Source of the DNA: a virus
Taxonomy: Duplodnaviria; Caudoviricetes
Length of the DNA: 27,240 nucleotides
Virus record (IMG/VR): IMGVR_UViG_3300012940_001080
Span: 1-27,240 of that record
Reading direction: 5' to 3' (one strand)
The notes below the pieces were generated by a model. It did no database searches. It saw only the letters and a list, made by a program, of their open reading frames with translations, and was not told where the DNA came from. Position numbers and translations under genes: made by a program. The stretch's first letter is position 1. Each line of letters starts with the position of its first letter. Of this stretch, positions 1 to 7,562 are shown piece by piece.

Positions 1-1
1 C

Positions 2-175
2 GTGGCCGAAGAGCCAAACACGTACGAACGCCTCCCCGTGGAACTTGGCGAGGCCACAGGAGAGGTGGTCGAGGTGCTAAATGGACTCAGCGCGGAAGAC
101 CACGTGGTCGTGGACGGCGTGTTTTACCTCCGGAGCCTTCGCCAGAAAGGGGAGCTCTCCGAACACGAACATTGA
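2..175 (+). CDS. Efflux RND transporter periplasmic adaptor subunit (CzcB/CusB-like), 3' end only
   Basis: Hand translation of frame 2 gives VAEEPNTYERLPVELGEATGEVVEVLNGLSAEDHVVVDGVFYLRSLRQKGELSEHEH*. This fits the typical membrane-fusion-protein C-terminus (V.LG...VEV..GL..GD.VV..G.F.L) with a His tail, and it lies directly upstream of a CDF gene. Confidence 0.8.
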   Translation: MAEEPNTYERLPVELGEATGEVVEVLNGLSAEDHVVVDGVFYLRSLRQKGELSEHEH

Positions 176-193
176 AGTCGAGTGAGGTAGCAC

Positions 194-1153
194 ATGGCAC
201 ATAGTCACGCTCACGGGAACGCCGTTGATGCCGGGTGGTGGCGCATCGGGGTCGCTCTGCTCCTCAACGTCGGCATCGTCGTCGCACAGGTGATCGGCGG
301 CCTCCTCTCGGGGAGCCTTGCCCTCCTTGCCGATGCCGTCCACAACGGGAGCGACGCGGCTTCGCTCGGCGTCAGCTTCGCCGCGCGGAAGATCGCAGGG
401 TGGGATCCAGACCAGCGGCGGACCTTCGGGTACGCGCGGGTGGAAACCGTGGCCGCCGTCATTAACCTGACCACCCTCATCGTGATCGGGCTCTACCTGC
501 TGGTCGAAGGCATCGGGAAGCTCTTCAGTCCCGAGCCGGTGGAGGGCACGACGATGCTGGTGGTGAGTGCCATCGCGTTCGTGGAGGACCTGCTCTCCGT
601 CCTCGTCCTCTACCCGCTCACGAAGGGGAGCCTCAACGTCCGGAGCGCGACGCTCCACCTCGTCGTCGACACGCTCTCTACGGTCGCCGTGCTGGGCGGG
701 GCTGCTGCGGTGATGCTGTTCGACTTCTACCTCGTTGATCCCCTCCTCACCGTGCTTATCTCTCTCTTCATCCTCTACCACGGGGCAAAGGAGCTGCGGA
801 GCGCGGCGAGTGTGCTCATCGAGAGCGCACCGAGAGGCTTCGACCTCGACGGCGCCGTCGCCGCGGTCGAGGCGGTGCCGGGTGTTCAGGAGATCCACCA
901 CGTTCACGTCTGGCAAATAGATGAGAACCGAGTCGGCGTGGAGGCGCACCTCGTGATGGACCGCTCCGACCTGGGCGAAATGGAACGGGTGAAAGGCGAG
1001 GCTAAGCGTGTGCTCCACGACCGGTTCGGGGTGGAGCACACGACGCTTGAGGTCGAGATCGACGCCTGCGTGGAGCACGAGCGGTCCGTCATCCCTAAGC
1101 ACGAGGCCGGGTCCTCCGCGCACCACGATCATGGCGCAGGGCACGACAAATGA
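194..1153 (+). CDS. czcD: Cation diffusion facilitator (CDF) family Zn/Co/Cd transporter, CzcD/ZitB-like
   Basis: 319 aa. Contains the signatures SGSLALLADAVHNGSD, RRTFGYARVETVAAVIN, LNVRSATLHLVVD and IHHVHVWQI...EAHL...GVEHTTLEVE, with His-rich termini. RBS GAGGT precedes the ATG. Confidence 0.93.
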   Translation: MAHSHAHGNAVDAGWWRIGVALLLNVGIVVAQVIGGLLSGSLALLADAVHNGSDAASLGVSFAARKIAGWDPDQRRTFGYARVETVAAVINLTTLIVIGLYLLVEGIGKLFSPEPVEGTTMLVVSAIAFVEDLLSVLVLYPLTKGSLNVRSATLHLVVDTLSTVAVLGGAAAVMLFDFYLVDPLLTVLISLFILYHGAKELRSAASVLIESAPRGFDLDGAVAAVEAVPGVQEIHHVHVWQIDENRVGVEAHLVMDRSDLGEMERVKGEAKRVLHDRFGVEHTTLEVEIDACVEHERSVIPKHEAGSSAHHDHGAGHDK

Positions 1154-1170
1154 TCAACGGGAGATAGGTG

Positions 1171-1320
1171 CAGCTCGGCCTCGCTGCCGGCGGAGAGCCC
1201 GTCCGGGTCGTGCTCGTGGTAGCTGATCGCATGGTTATCGACTTCGTCGCCTATGTGGATGACGTCGGAGCACCCGAACCGCTCCTGTACGCGCAGGCAG
1301 AAGTCGAGGTAGCCGGGGTG
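1171..1320 (-). pseudogene. 50-codon internal fragment of a phage-type calcineurin-like metallophosphoesterase
   Basis: Translates to HPGYLDFCLRVQERFGCSDVIHIGDEVDNHAISYHEHDPDGLSAGSEAEL, with the VxHIGDxxD metallophosphoesterase motif II. The N-terminal DxH and downstream GNH motifs are absent. The flanking residues of ORF 1129..1407 derive from the repeat array and from czcD antisense sequence. Confidence 0.7.
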
Positions 1321-1509
1321 GGAGAGATCCGGGACGTAGGTGCGAAGGATTCGGGACCTGAGCGCGAGGGATTCAGGGCCGAAGCGCGCGGGATTCGGGA
1401 CGGCCATGTGAGAGAACCGGGAGCTGGGTGGGAAGGAATCGAGACCGAAGTGGGAGGGATTCGGGACGGAAGTGGGAGGGATTCAGGGTCGAAGGCGCGG
1501 ATTGAGGGT
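1316..1509 (+). repeat. Left arm of an iteron-like array: 8 (+1 degenerate) 20-bp repeats at a 22-bp period
   Basis: Units start at 1316, 1338, 1360, 1382, 1404, 1426, 1448 and 1470, with a degenerate copy near 1490. Consensus is approximately AAGTGGGAGGGATTCGGGAC. Confidence 0.9.
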
Positions 1510-1514
1510 GAAAT

Positions 1515-1544
1515 CACATGCCATGCACATGCCATGCACATGCC
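1515..1544. repeat. 11-bp tandem repeat (CACATGCCATG)x2.7 at the centre of the array
   Basis: CACATGCCATG at 1515-1525 and 1526-1536, and CACATGCC at 1537-1544. Five CATG sites. Followed by the palindrome ATATGC-A-GCATAT at 1564-1576. Confidence 0.9.
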
Positions 1545-1579
1545 TATTGCGCCTTTAGCCCTCATATGCAGCATATTTG

Positions 1580-1727
1580 GTCCCGAATCCCTCCCACTTG
1601 GACCCCTGTGCACCCTGAATCCCTCCCACTTAGAGAGCTCAACTTCCCGAATCTGTCCCACTTGGCGAGCTCAGCTTCCCGAATCCTTCCCACCCCGACC
1701 ACTCTCCGTACTGAATCCTTCCCACCC
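1580..1727 (-). repeat. Right arm of the iteron-like array: 5 inverted 20-bp repeats at a 32-bp period
   Basis: Units at 1580, 1612, 1644, 1676 and 1708, separated by 12-bp variable spacers. 1580-1599 is the exact reverse complement of 1448-1467, and 1612-1631 is the exact reverse complement of 1470-1489. Confidence 0.9.
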
Positions 1728-1782
1728 TTCGATGGGCAGTTCCCGGTCTATAAGAGCGATGCCTTCACCATCAGCCTGAACG

Positions 1783-2337
1783 TCAACCGGATGTGGGCTC
1801 GTCCGGAGGGTTTTCGCCAACGCGACGATCACCTACGCGAAGATCGCCTTCGTGATCGAGGAGCTCGTCGGGCAGCCCGGCCTTGTCCGTGATGAGCTTT
1901 CTCAGCGCAGCCGCGATGCGCCGCCCGGCCGGGGTGCCGCCGATAGTGTTCTCGCAGATTGACCCCCACTCTGTGAGGGCCACCAGCACGTACGCGAGCT
2001 CATCGAGGTACGTGAAACCTTCGGAGACGAGGGGGATTTCGCCCGCGGAGACGACGTTCGCTAAGGCCGTGGTGAGTCCCAGGAAGGCGGCATACTCGAT
2101 GGCCTTGATGAACGAGCGCCTCCGCTTGCGGCTCGTGATGGGCTCGCCCCGCCGCCTGGCTGCGATCGTGCCGGTGATGAAGTCGGCCAGAACGAGGAGC
2201 GAGATGAGTGCTACGAGGTCGATGTTAACTGAGAAGAGCCGGGAGAGTAGCTCGAGCGCAAAGGTGAGCGCCAGGCTTGCCCAGGCCTTCCACTGGAGGC
2301 CCTCGGCTATACCTTGCAGCGGAGCGAGGTAGTTCAA
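1783..2337 (-). CDS. Phage holin (holin 4_1/TcdE-like family)
   Basis: 184 aa with several hydrophobic segments and family motifs LVLADFITGTIAA..RGEPITS.K and E.GSICEN. Located after the tail genes. The TTG start is uncertain. Confidence 0.8.
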   Translation of the reverse strand: MNYLAPLQGIAEGLQWKAWASLALTFALELLSRLFSVNIDLVALISLLVLADFITGTIAARRRGEPITSRKRRRSFIKAIEYAAFLGLTTALANVVSAGEIPLVSEGFTYLDELAYVLVALTEWGSICENTIGGTPAGRRIAAALRKLITDKAGLPDELLDHEGDLRVGDRRVGENPPDEPTSG

Positions 2338-2358
2338 GGATCTAAATCCATACTGTTC

Positions 2359-2390
2359 TCGCGTTTGCGATTGTCGCGTTTGCGATTGTC
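2359..2390. repeat. Perfect 15-bp tandem repeat upstream of the holin
   Basis: TCGCGTTTGCGATTG at 2359-2373 and 2374-2388, followed by TC. Confidence 0.85.
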
Positions 2391-2483
2391 AGGCGTGTGA
2401 TGGTTATCCCTGGATCGCCGCTGGTCTGGTATTGGGATCGGCGTACCAGAGCTGGTTGTTGTTGTAGTGGAGACGCGCGATCG

Positions 2484-5400
2484 CTAATGATCACTTGCAA
2501 ACCTGTGAATGTGGCCGTTGGGGAATCGGGCGCAGAGCCACATGCTTCCGGCCGAGTTCTTGTACACGTAGATGCGCACCGTGTCCGAGAGCGGCGTTGC
2601 GATGTCGCCCGCCGAGGTAGACGTGGCGCCCTGTATGTCTACGTAGCCCATGAGCGTGCTGCTGCTGCGAGGCACGAGCACGCTGCGCGGCGTCTGCAGG
2701 CCGTTGCCGAATATCGCTACACTGTTGCCGGCCGCTGCCTGAAGGATCAAGGTGCTGTTCAGGGAGCTGTAGATGTAGGCGCCGTCCGACCATCGAACCT
2801 GCGAGGTAGTCGTGTTTCCGTTGTTGAGCCTGACTCCGCTGTTGTTGATCACGACGGCGCCGCTGCCTCCGGTGATCTGCCCGCCCGCGATGTTCAGGTT
2901 GCCCGTGATGTTCATGGTGCCCGTGATCGAGCCGCTTGTGGCGGTGACCGCGCCCCTGAACTCGCCGTGCGTCGCGTAGAGGTAGCCATCTGCCCGCACG
3001 TAGAAGCGCCAGCCCGAGCCTCCTATCGGGTCGCTGCCGGGGCCGTTGAAGTGGACCGCGAAGACAGGCGTGGCGGCGCCTCCAGGCGCCGTGACGTAGG
3101 CCGAGTAGTTGCTGGCGGTTTTGCGCAGGTCGGCGTTGGTGATCTGCCAGCCGGCGAGCTCGCCGCCCTGCTTGGCGGTGAGTGTCGTCGCGGTGATGTT
3201 GCCCTGAATCGTTGCGTCTGTGGCCGTGAGGTGGCCCGTCTGCGTCACGCGGAAGGGCGCGCTTGCGGCAGTGGCGTTGCCCACCCAGAGCCGGTAGGTC
3301 CCGTCCGTCCCGCTCATGCGGACGACGTTGTTGCCCGTGCCGGCCGTGATGTCGTTGAGCGCATTCACGGTGGCGCCGGTGATCGTCGGGCTCTCGATCG
3401 TGGTCTGGGTGATCTTCGTGCTCTGGAGGTAGGACGGGTTCTTCTGCGCACCGGCCTCGATCCCGCCGAGCTTGCTAGCGGCCGTGGCGTCGAGCTGGGA
3501 GAGGTTCGTTGGGCGCCCGGAGACCTGAGTCCACGAGAGCGTCACGCTGGAGCCGAACGTCACCGATCCGGACGTATTCCAACTAATGTTGCCACTGGCC
3601 AAGCGCCCGGAGCCGTCAGCGTTGAGCTGGAACTGCGCACTGCCTTTAGTGCCGCTCCACATTGCGGTATTGTCGAAGCTGATCCCGCCGATGTGGCTCG
3701 TCGTGGAGAGCTTGAAATACTCATTGCCGTTTATGACGCCTTTGAGGCCCCAATCGGACGAGCTGGTGTAGTCCATCTGCACGTAGCTCGTCGTGTTGTG
3801 ACCTGCCAGCTTGACGATGGGGAGGCTCCCGTTGTTAAAGTTGCCGACGAGCACCTTCCCAGTCTGCGTCTCCCCGGAGAGGTTGTCCCCTACGATCGTG
3901 TGCCCGTTCGCGCCGAAGTAGCCGCGCGAGACCGCGATGACGCCTTCGAGAAAGACATTGGTCGAGTAGAGACCATTGCCTCCGACCGTCCGCCCGGCGA
4001 CCGTCTTGCCGATGCCATTCAAGTTTCCAAGACGGGCCAGTACCGCGTACGCGTCGGGGGCAAAGTCCCCGTCCGTATCGCTCCACGTCTGGTATTGCGT
4101 ATACGGCGATCCTGCCGCGTCGAGAACGGTCGAGTAGATCATGCCGCTACCCGGCGTGCCGTAGTCGTAGGCAACGGCTCCCCGGTGAATCACCTTCCCC
4201 TGAACGCCGGGCCCGAGCTTTCGGGTAGTCCACGTCCAGCTCTGAGTGCCATTTCCGCTGTTGACGTAGGAGGCGACCGTTCCCCATGCGTCGGCCACGA
4301 TCAGGCCGCCGCCCTCCCGGCTGATGTAGCGGAGTCGGATCGTGTCCCCGTCCTCGAAGACGGGCGTCGCGCCAAGCTCTTCCAGATCCTCGACAACGAG
4401 GGCGGCCGTCGCCCCCACCGCCGGGACGGTGAAGCTCTCGGCCAGCGTTGCCCGACTCTTGCTGAGGATCTCCGATCCCACGAGGAGTTGCGCTACGTCG
4501 GCCGAAAACGCCTGCGTCTGGATCTCGTCCGAATAAAGGCTCCGGACATCGGCGTGCCCCGTGGTGAAGTTGAACTGTGCCCCGGCGGTCCGGGAGACGT
4601 AGCCGTTCGATTCGAGGGTCCCCCCGTCCACGAAGATTGAGCCGTAGCCGGACACTTCCCCGTTCTGGTAGTTGGCCGTCTCGAGCCGCATGGTGTGCGC
4701 CCGAAGGCGGAACTGGCCTGGCTCCGAGTTGCCGGAGCGCGGGCCGAGCACGATTTCTCCGCCGTCGGGAGCCTCCACCCAAAGCCGGTTGTTCGCCGGT
4801 CCAGCCCCGGCGGAGTCCACGTAGAGGGCATAGCCGTGGTTGAACTGGAACACTTTCGAGGAGGCACCAGCGGGCGGCTGGAAGTTCCACGTCCCCGTGA
4901 CGGTCCACGCCCCGGAGATGGATTCCGCGACGTTGGTCCGGGCGAAGGGCTGGAACGTGGACCCAGCCCGGCGCTGGCCCCAGCGCAAGAGCCCCTGGTC
5001 GAACTCGAGGAACTCATTGTCGAGGTCGCCCTGGTTGATCTCGATGCCGGCGTTCTGGCTTGGGGTGCCCGTCCAGTCCGAGTTAAGCAGAACGAAGTTG
5101 TCACTGAGCGCGACCTTCTCGCCTTCGATGATCGTCGCGTCGCCCGCAACGACGAGCTTCTGTACTACGAGCGTGCCGTGGTTCGTGCCGTCCGGCGCGA
5201 AGACGTGCATCTCGTTTTCGACGCCGCGGAAGATGCCGCCGCCTGCGATCCCGAGGTCGCCCGCGATCGTACCGCCCGTGAGCTTCAGGTAGCGGTCGTC
5301 GTGGTTGTGCTGGGCTCCTGCAAAGTTACTCGGCACGAAAAGCTCGCCACGGATCCAGAGGTTCTCGAACGCTCCGTCTCCCGCCTTCGTGATGGCGGCT

Positions 5401-7457
5401 CCAGTTGTGCCCGGGTTCGTGATACGGTACGTCGCCTCGTCGAAAGCTCCGTTCCAGTTCGTCGTCTCGAAGACCTTGCCGTCCCAGTGTATGCCCTCCA
5501 GGTTGAGCGTCAGGCTTGTGACGGTGTCGCCTTCTTTCACTGCGAACTCAATCTCGCTCTTGTGCGGCACCTCTTCGCCACGAGGCACCGTGGGAGCCTC
5601 GACGAAACGCGAGACGGCGCTGGGCGCGCGCCGCTCCAGGCGCACTTCCTTCCGTATGCGACCGAACTCCTTATCCTCCGTCTCGCGTACGGCGACGACG
5701 CGGCCTTCGAAGTCGATCTCCCATGCCCCGTTACGGTATCGATCACGCACGCGCACCGTATCCCCGAGCATGACTTCGGTCCCCGACTCCTCGAGGTGGC
5801 TCACATCGAAGAACTCGCCTTCATAGCTCACAGGAGCCGTTCCTCCGGCCTCGACGAGCCGCCTGGCGCCCTCGCGGAAGAGGCAGCGCGGTCCCATCAT
5901 GGGGGAGTAGGGGGCGGCCGTGTGGGCCTGCACGAGCGTTAGTGAGTCGATGACGAACTCGGTGCCGTTCTCGAGCGCCGTGATGCGGATACGGGCGTTC
6001 CCCGCGGCCGGCTCGAAGCCGGAGACGCTGATCTCTCGGTAGGTATCACCTCCATAGCTGATCGTCTGTGTGGGCGGATGGAGCTTACCTGCCGAGTCGA
6101 CAAGCTGGGCGGTGATGCGGCCCGAGAGGACGCGCACGTTGAGCCAGAACGAGAAGTAGGGCTTCTCCGTGGTGGGGGCGAGCGGTATATCGATCGTCTC
6201 GACTCCGCCGCCTTTGGCGGCTTGCACGCGAAGGCTCTTCTTGCCGTGGATGACGTAGATCGCCTCCGTCTCGAAGAGGGCCGTGGCGGGGCCGAACACG
6301 GACATGCCGTCGGGAAGAGTAGTCCCTTCTGACATGTCGGCGGAGCCGCCCATCTGCTCGAACAGGTTCGTGTCTGGGCTTACCTCGGAGAGTTCGAGCA
6401 TCACCTCCACGGTCCCGTTTGCACCGGGCACCTCGAGCACCGTCAGGTCGTTACCGGCCGCGTCGAAGAAGCGCACCATCTGGCCGCTGAGGCCCCGTGC
6501 ATCGCCCGCGACGACGACCGTGCGCTCCGATGTCGTTGAGGTGATCGTGTACTTAGCTCCCGGTCTGCCGATCTTCAGGCCCACCAGGAAGCCGCTCTGA
6601 ATGATCGGGTAAGGCGTAAGTCCGAGAGTGAGCGTTGTTTTCCCGTTCGAATAAGAGGCGGAATCGACACTCCAGCTGGCCTGCGCGATGGTAGTGGGAA
6701 ACTCGGGATCGCCGCAGACGGGAAGGACGCGGTTGAAATAGTCGGCGGCCTCGTCGGTGACGCGCAGGTCTACGCGGTTCGCAGCGCTAGGAGCCTCGTA
6801 GGCCGTTGGTGCCTCGATCACTCGGGCGCCCGCCACGGAGGATCCGACCCGCTCGACAAGGTCCACGCGGTAGACACTGCCGTCCCAGCGGGTCGTCCAC
6901 TCGCACCCCAGCCGCTCAGTGATCTGGCGCAGCACGTCGAGGTGGGTGATACCGATGCCCTGCACGACTGGCTTCTCGCTCGAGTAGGCGGCAGCTACCG
7001 TACCAGCTTGGAAGAGGGCAGGGCAGCCATATGTCGCCGAGAGAACCTGAGAGAGCACTTCCTGCGCCGTCATGCCGGTAAAGACGACATTGATCTCGAC
7101 CGTACTGTCCGGACGGGACCGGCGCACCTTGTAGTCGGCCAGGTCGGTCCATATGGGCCACGCAACGATCGTCGTCGGCTGCGTACCGGCGGTCGAGATC
7201 TGCACCTCGCGCACGCGCCACTCTTCGAAGGTCGCGTCGTCGTAGGTGCAGCGGAGCTTGCAGCGACTCTTCAGCAGGACGTCCCACTGCGTGCCGGGGT
7301 GCAGGAGCAGCGTGAGTTCGTCCGGCTCGCCGAGCGTGCGTTCTATTTCCGGGTATTCGAAAGCGCAGGAGAGGAGGTCGGCGCTCCCGTCCACCATGAG
7401 GGGCGCATCGCCACCGGTGGCCGGGTATACCTTTATAGTCTGGATTCGCCTGGGCAT
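2484..7457 (-). CDS. Large tail tip protein: Tal/baseplate-hub-like N-terminus fused to a central fibre/receptor-binding region
   Basis: 1657 aa immediately downstream of the tape measure gene. The N-terminus resembles prophage tail (endopeptidase-like) hub proteins. There is a jelly-roll/CBM-like segment (GKKSLRV...FVIDSLTL), an HNHDDRY fibre motif and G/T/N-rich beta repeats in the C-terminal half. Confidence 0.8.
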   Translation of the reverse strand: MPRRIQTIKVYPATGGDAPLMVDGSADLLSCAFEYPEIERTLGEPDELTLLLHPGTQWDVLLKSRCKLRCTYDDATFEEWRVREVQISTAGTQPTTIVAWPIWTDLADYKVRRSRPDSTVEINVVFTGMTAQEVLSQVLSATYGCPALFQAGTVAAAYSSEKPVVQGIGITHLDVLRQITERLGCEWTTRWDGSVYRVDLVERVGSSVAGARVIEAPTAYEAPSAANRVDLRVTDEAADYFNRVLPVCGDPEFPTTIAQASWSVDSASYSNGKTTLTLGLTPYPIIQSGFLVGLKIGRPGAKYTITSTTSERTVVVAGDARGLSGQMVRFFDAAGNDLTVLEVPGANGTVEVMLELSEVSPDTNLFEQMGGSADMSEGTTLPDGMSVFGPATALFETEAIYVIHGKKSLRVQAAKGGGVETIDIPLAPTTEKPYFSFWLNVRVLSGRITAQLVDSAGKLHPPTQTISYGGDTYREISVSGFEPAAGNARIRITALENGTEFVIDSLTLVQAHTAAPYSPMMGPRCLFREGARRLVEAGGTAPVSYEGEFFDVSHLEESGTEVMLGDTVRVRDRYRNGAWEIDFEGRVVAVRETEDKEFGRIRKEVRLERRAPSAVSRFVEAPTVPRGEEVPHKSEIEFAVKEGDTVTSLTLNLEGIHWDGKVFETTNWNGAFDEATYRITNPGTTGAAITKAGDGAFENLWIRGELFVPSNFAGAQHNHDDRYLKLTGGTIAGDLGIAGGGIFRGVENEMHVFAPDGTNHGTLVVQKLVVAGDATIIEGEKVALSDNFVLLNSDWTGTPSQNAGIEINQGDLDNEFLEFDQGLLRWGQRRAGSTFQPFARTNVAESISGAWTVTGTWNFQPPAGASSKVFQFNHGYALYVDSAGAGPANNRLWVEAPDGGEIVLGPRSGNSEPGQFRLRAHTMRLETANYQNGEVSGYGSIFVDGGTLESNGYVSRTAGAQFNFTTGHADVRSLYSDEIQTQAFSADVAQLLVGSEILSKSRATLAESFTVPAVGATAALVVEDLEELGATPVFEDGDTIRLRYISREGGGLIVADAWGTVASYVNSGNGTQSWTWTTRKLGPGVQGKVIHRGAVAYDYGTPGSGMIYSTVLDAAGSPYTQYQTWSDTDGDFAPDAYAVLARLGNLNGIGKTVAGRTVGGNGLYSTNVFLEGVIAVSRGYFGANGHTIVGDNLSGETQTGKVLVGNFNNGSLPIVKLAGHNTTSYVQMDYTSSSDWGLKGVINGNEYFKLSTTSHIGGISFDNTAMWSGTKGSAQFQLNADGSGRLASGNISWNTSGSVTFGSSVTLSWTQVSGRPTNLSQLDATAASKLGGIEAGAQKNPSYLQSTKITQTTIESPTITGATVNALNDITAGTGNNVVRMSGTDGTYRLWVGNATAASAPFRVTQTGHLTATDATIQGNITATTLTAKQGGELAGWQITNADLRKTASNYSAYVTAPGGAATPVFAVHFNGPGSDPIGGSGWRFYVRADGYLYATHGEFRGAVTATSGSITGTMNITGNLNIAGGQITGGSGAVVINNSGVRLNNGNTTTSQVRWSDGAYIYSSLNSTLILQAAAGNSVAIFGNGLQTPRSVLVPRSSSTLMGYVDIQGATSTSAGDIATPLSDTVRIYVYKNSAGSMWLCARFPNGHIHRFASDH

Positions 7458-7562
7458 GGGCAGGTGGGCCTATACAAAGAGTGAGGGGACGCTCCGGATG
7501 GTGGCCGTCTTCCTTCATTGTCCAAGTGTGCCCGGATGGGAGGTCCGTCCTTACCTGCCCGC

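Noticed and set aside
1580-1727. CRISPR array (repeat plus variable spacer pattern)
   Set aside because: The spacers are only 12 bp and two resemble each other, the repeats are degenerate and non-palindromic, the same motif recurs without spacers in the opposite orientation, and no cas genes are present.
1300-1760. Tn7/Mu-like mini-transposon with 22-bp transposase sites
   Set aside because: No terminal TGT...ACA, no 5-bp target duplication and no transposase seen. It is kept only as a weak alternative.
1168-1892. ORFs 1168..1779 (+), 1251..1661 (-) and 1518..1892 (+)
   Set aside because: These are translations of the DNA repeat array, whose 22- and 32-bp periods are not multiples of 3. No protein-like features.
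2440-2700. Diversity-generating retroelement at the tail fibre C-terminus (AAC run at ~2455-2465)
   Set aside because: No reverse transcriptase and no TR/VR pair differing only at adenines could be seen.
2397-5942. Long + strand ORFs of 747 aa and 415 aa
   Set aside because: Antisense shadows of the GC-rich tail gene, Arg/Val/Gly-rich with no motifs. The same applies to 77..1144, 8014..9303, 9753..10664 and 18383..19246.
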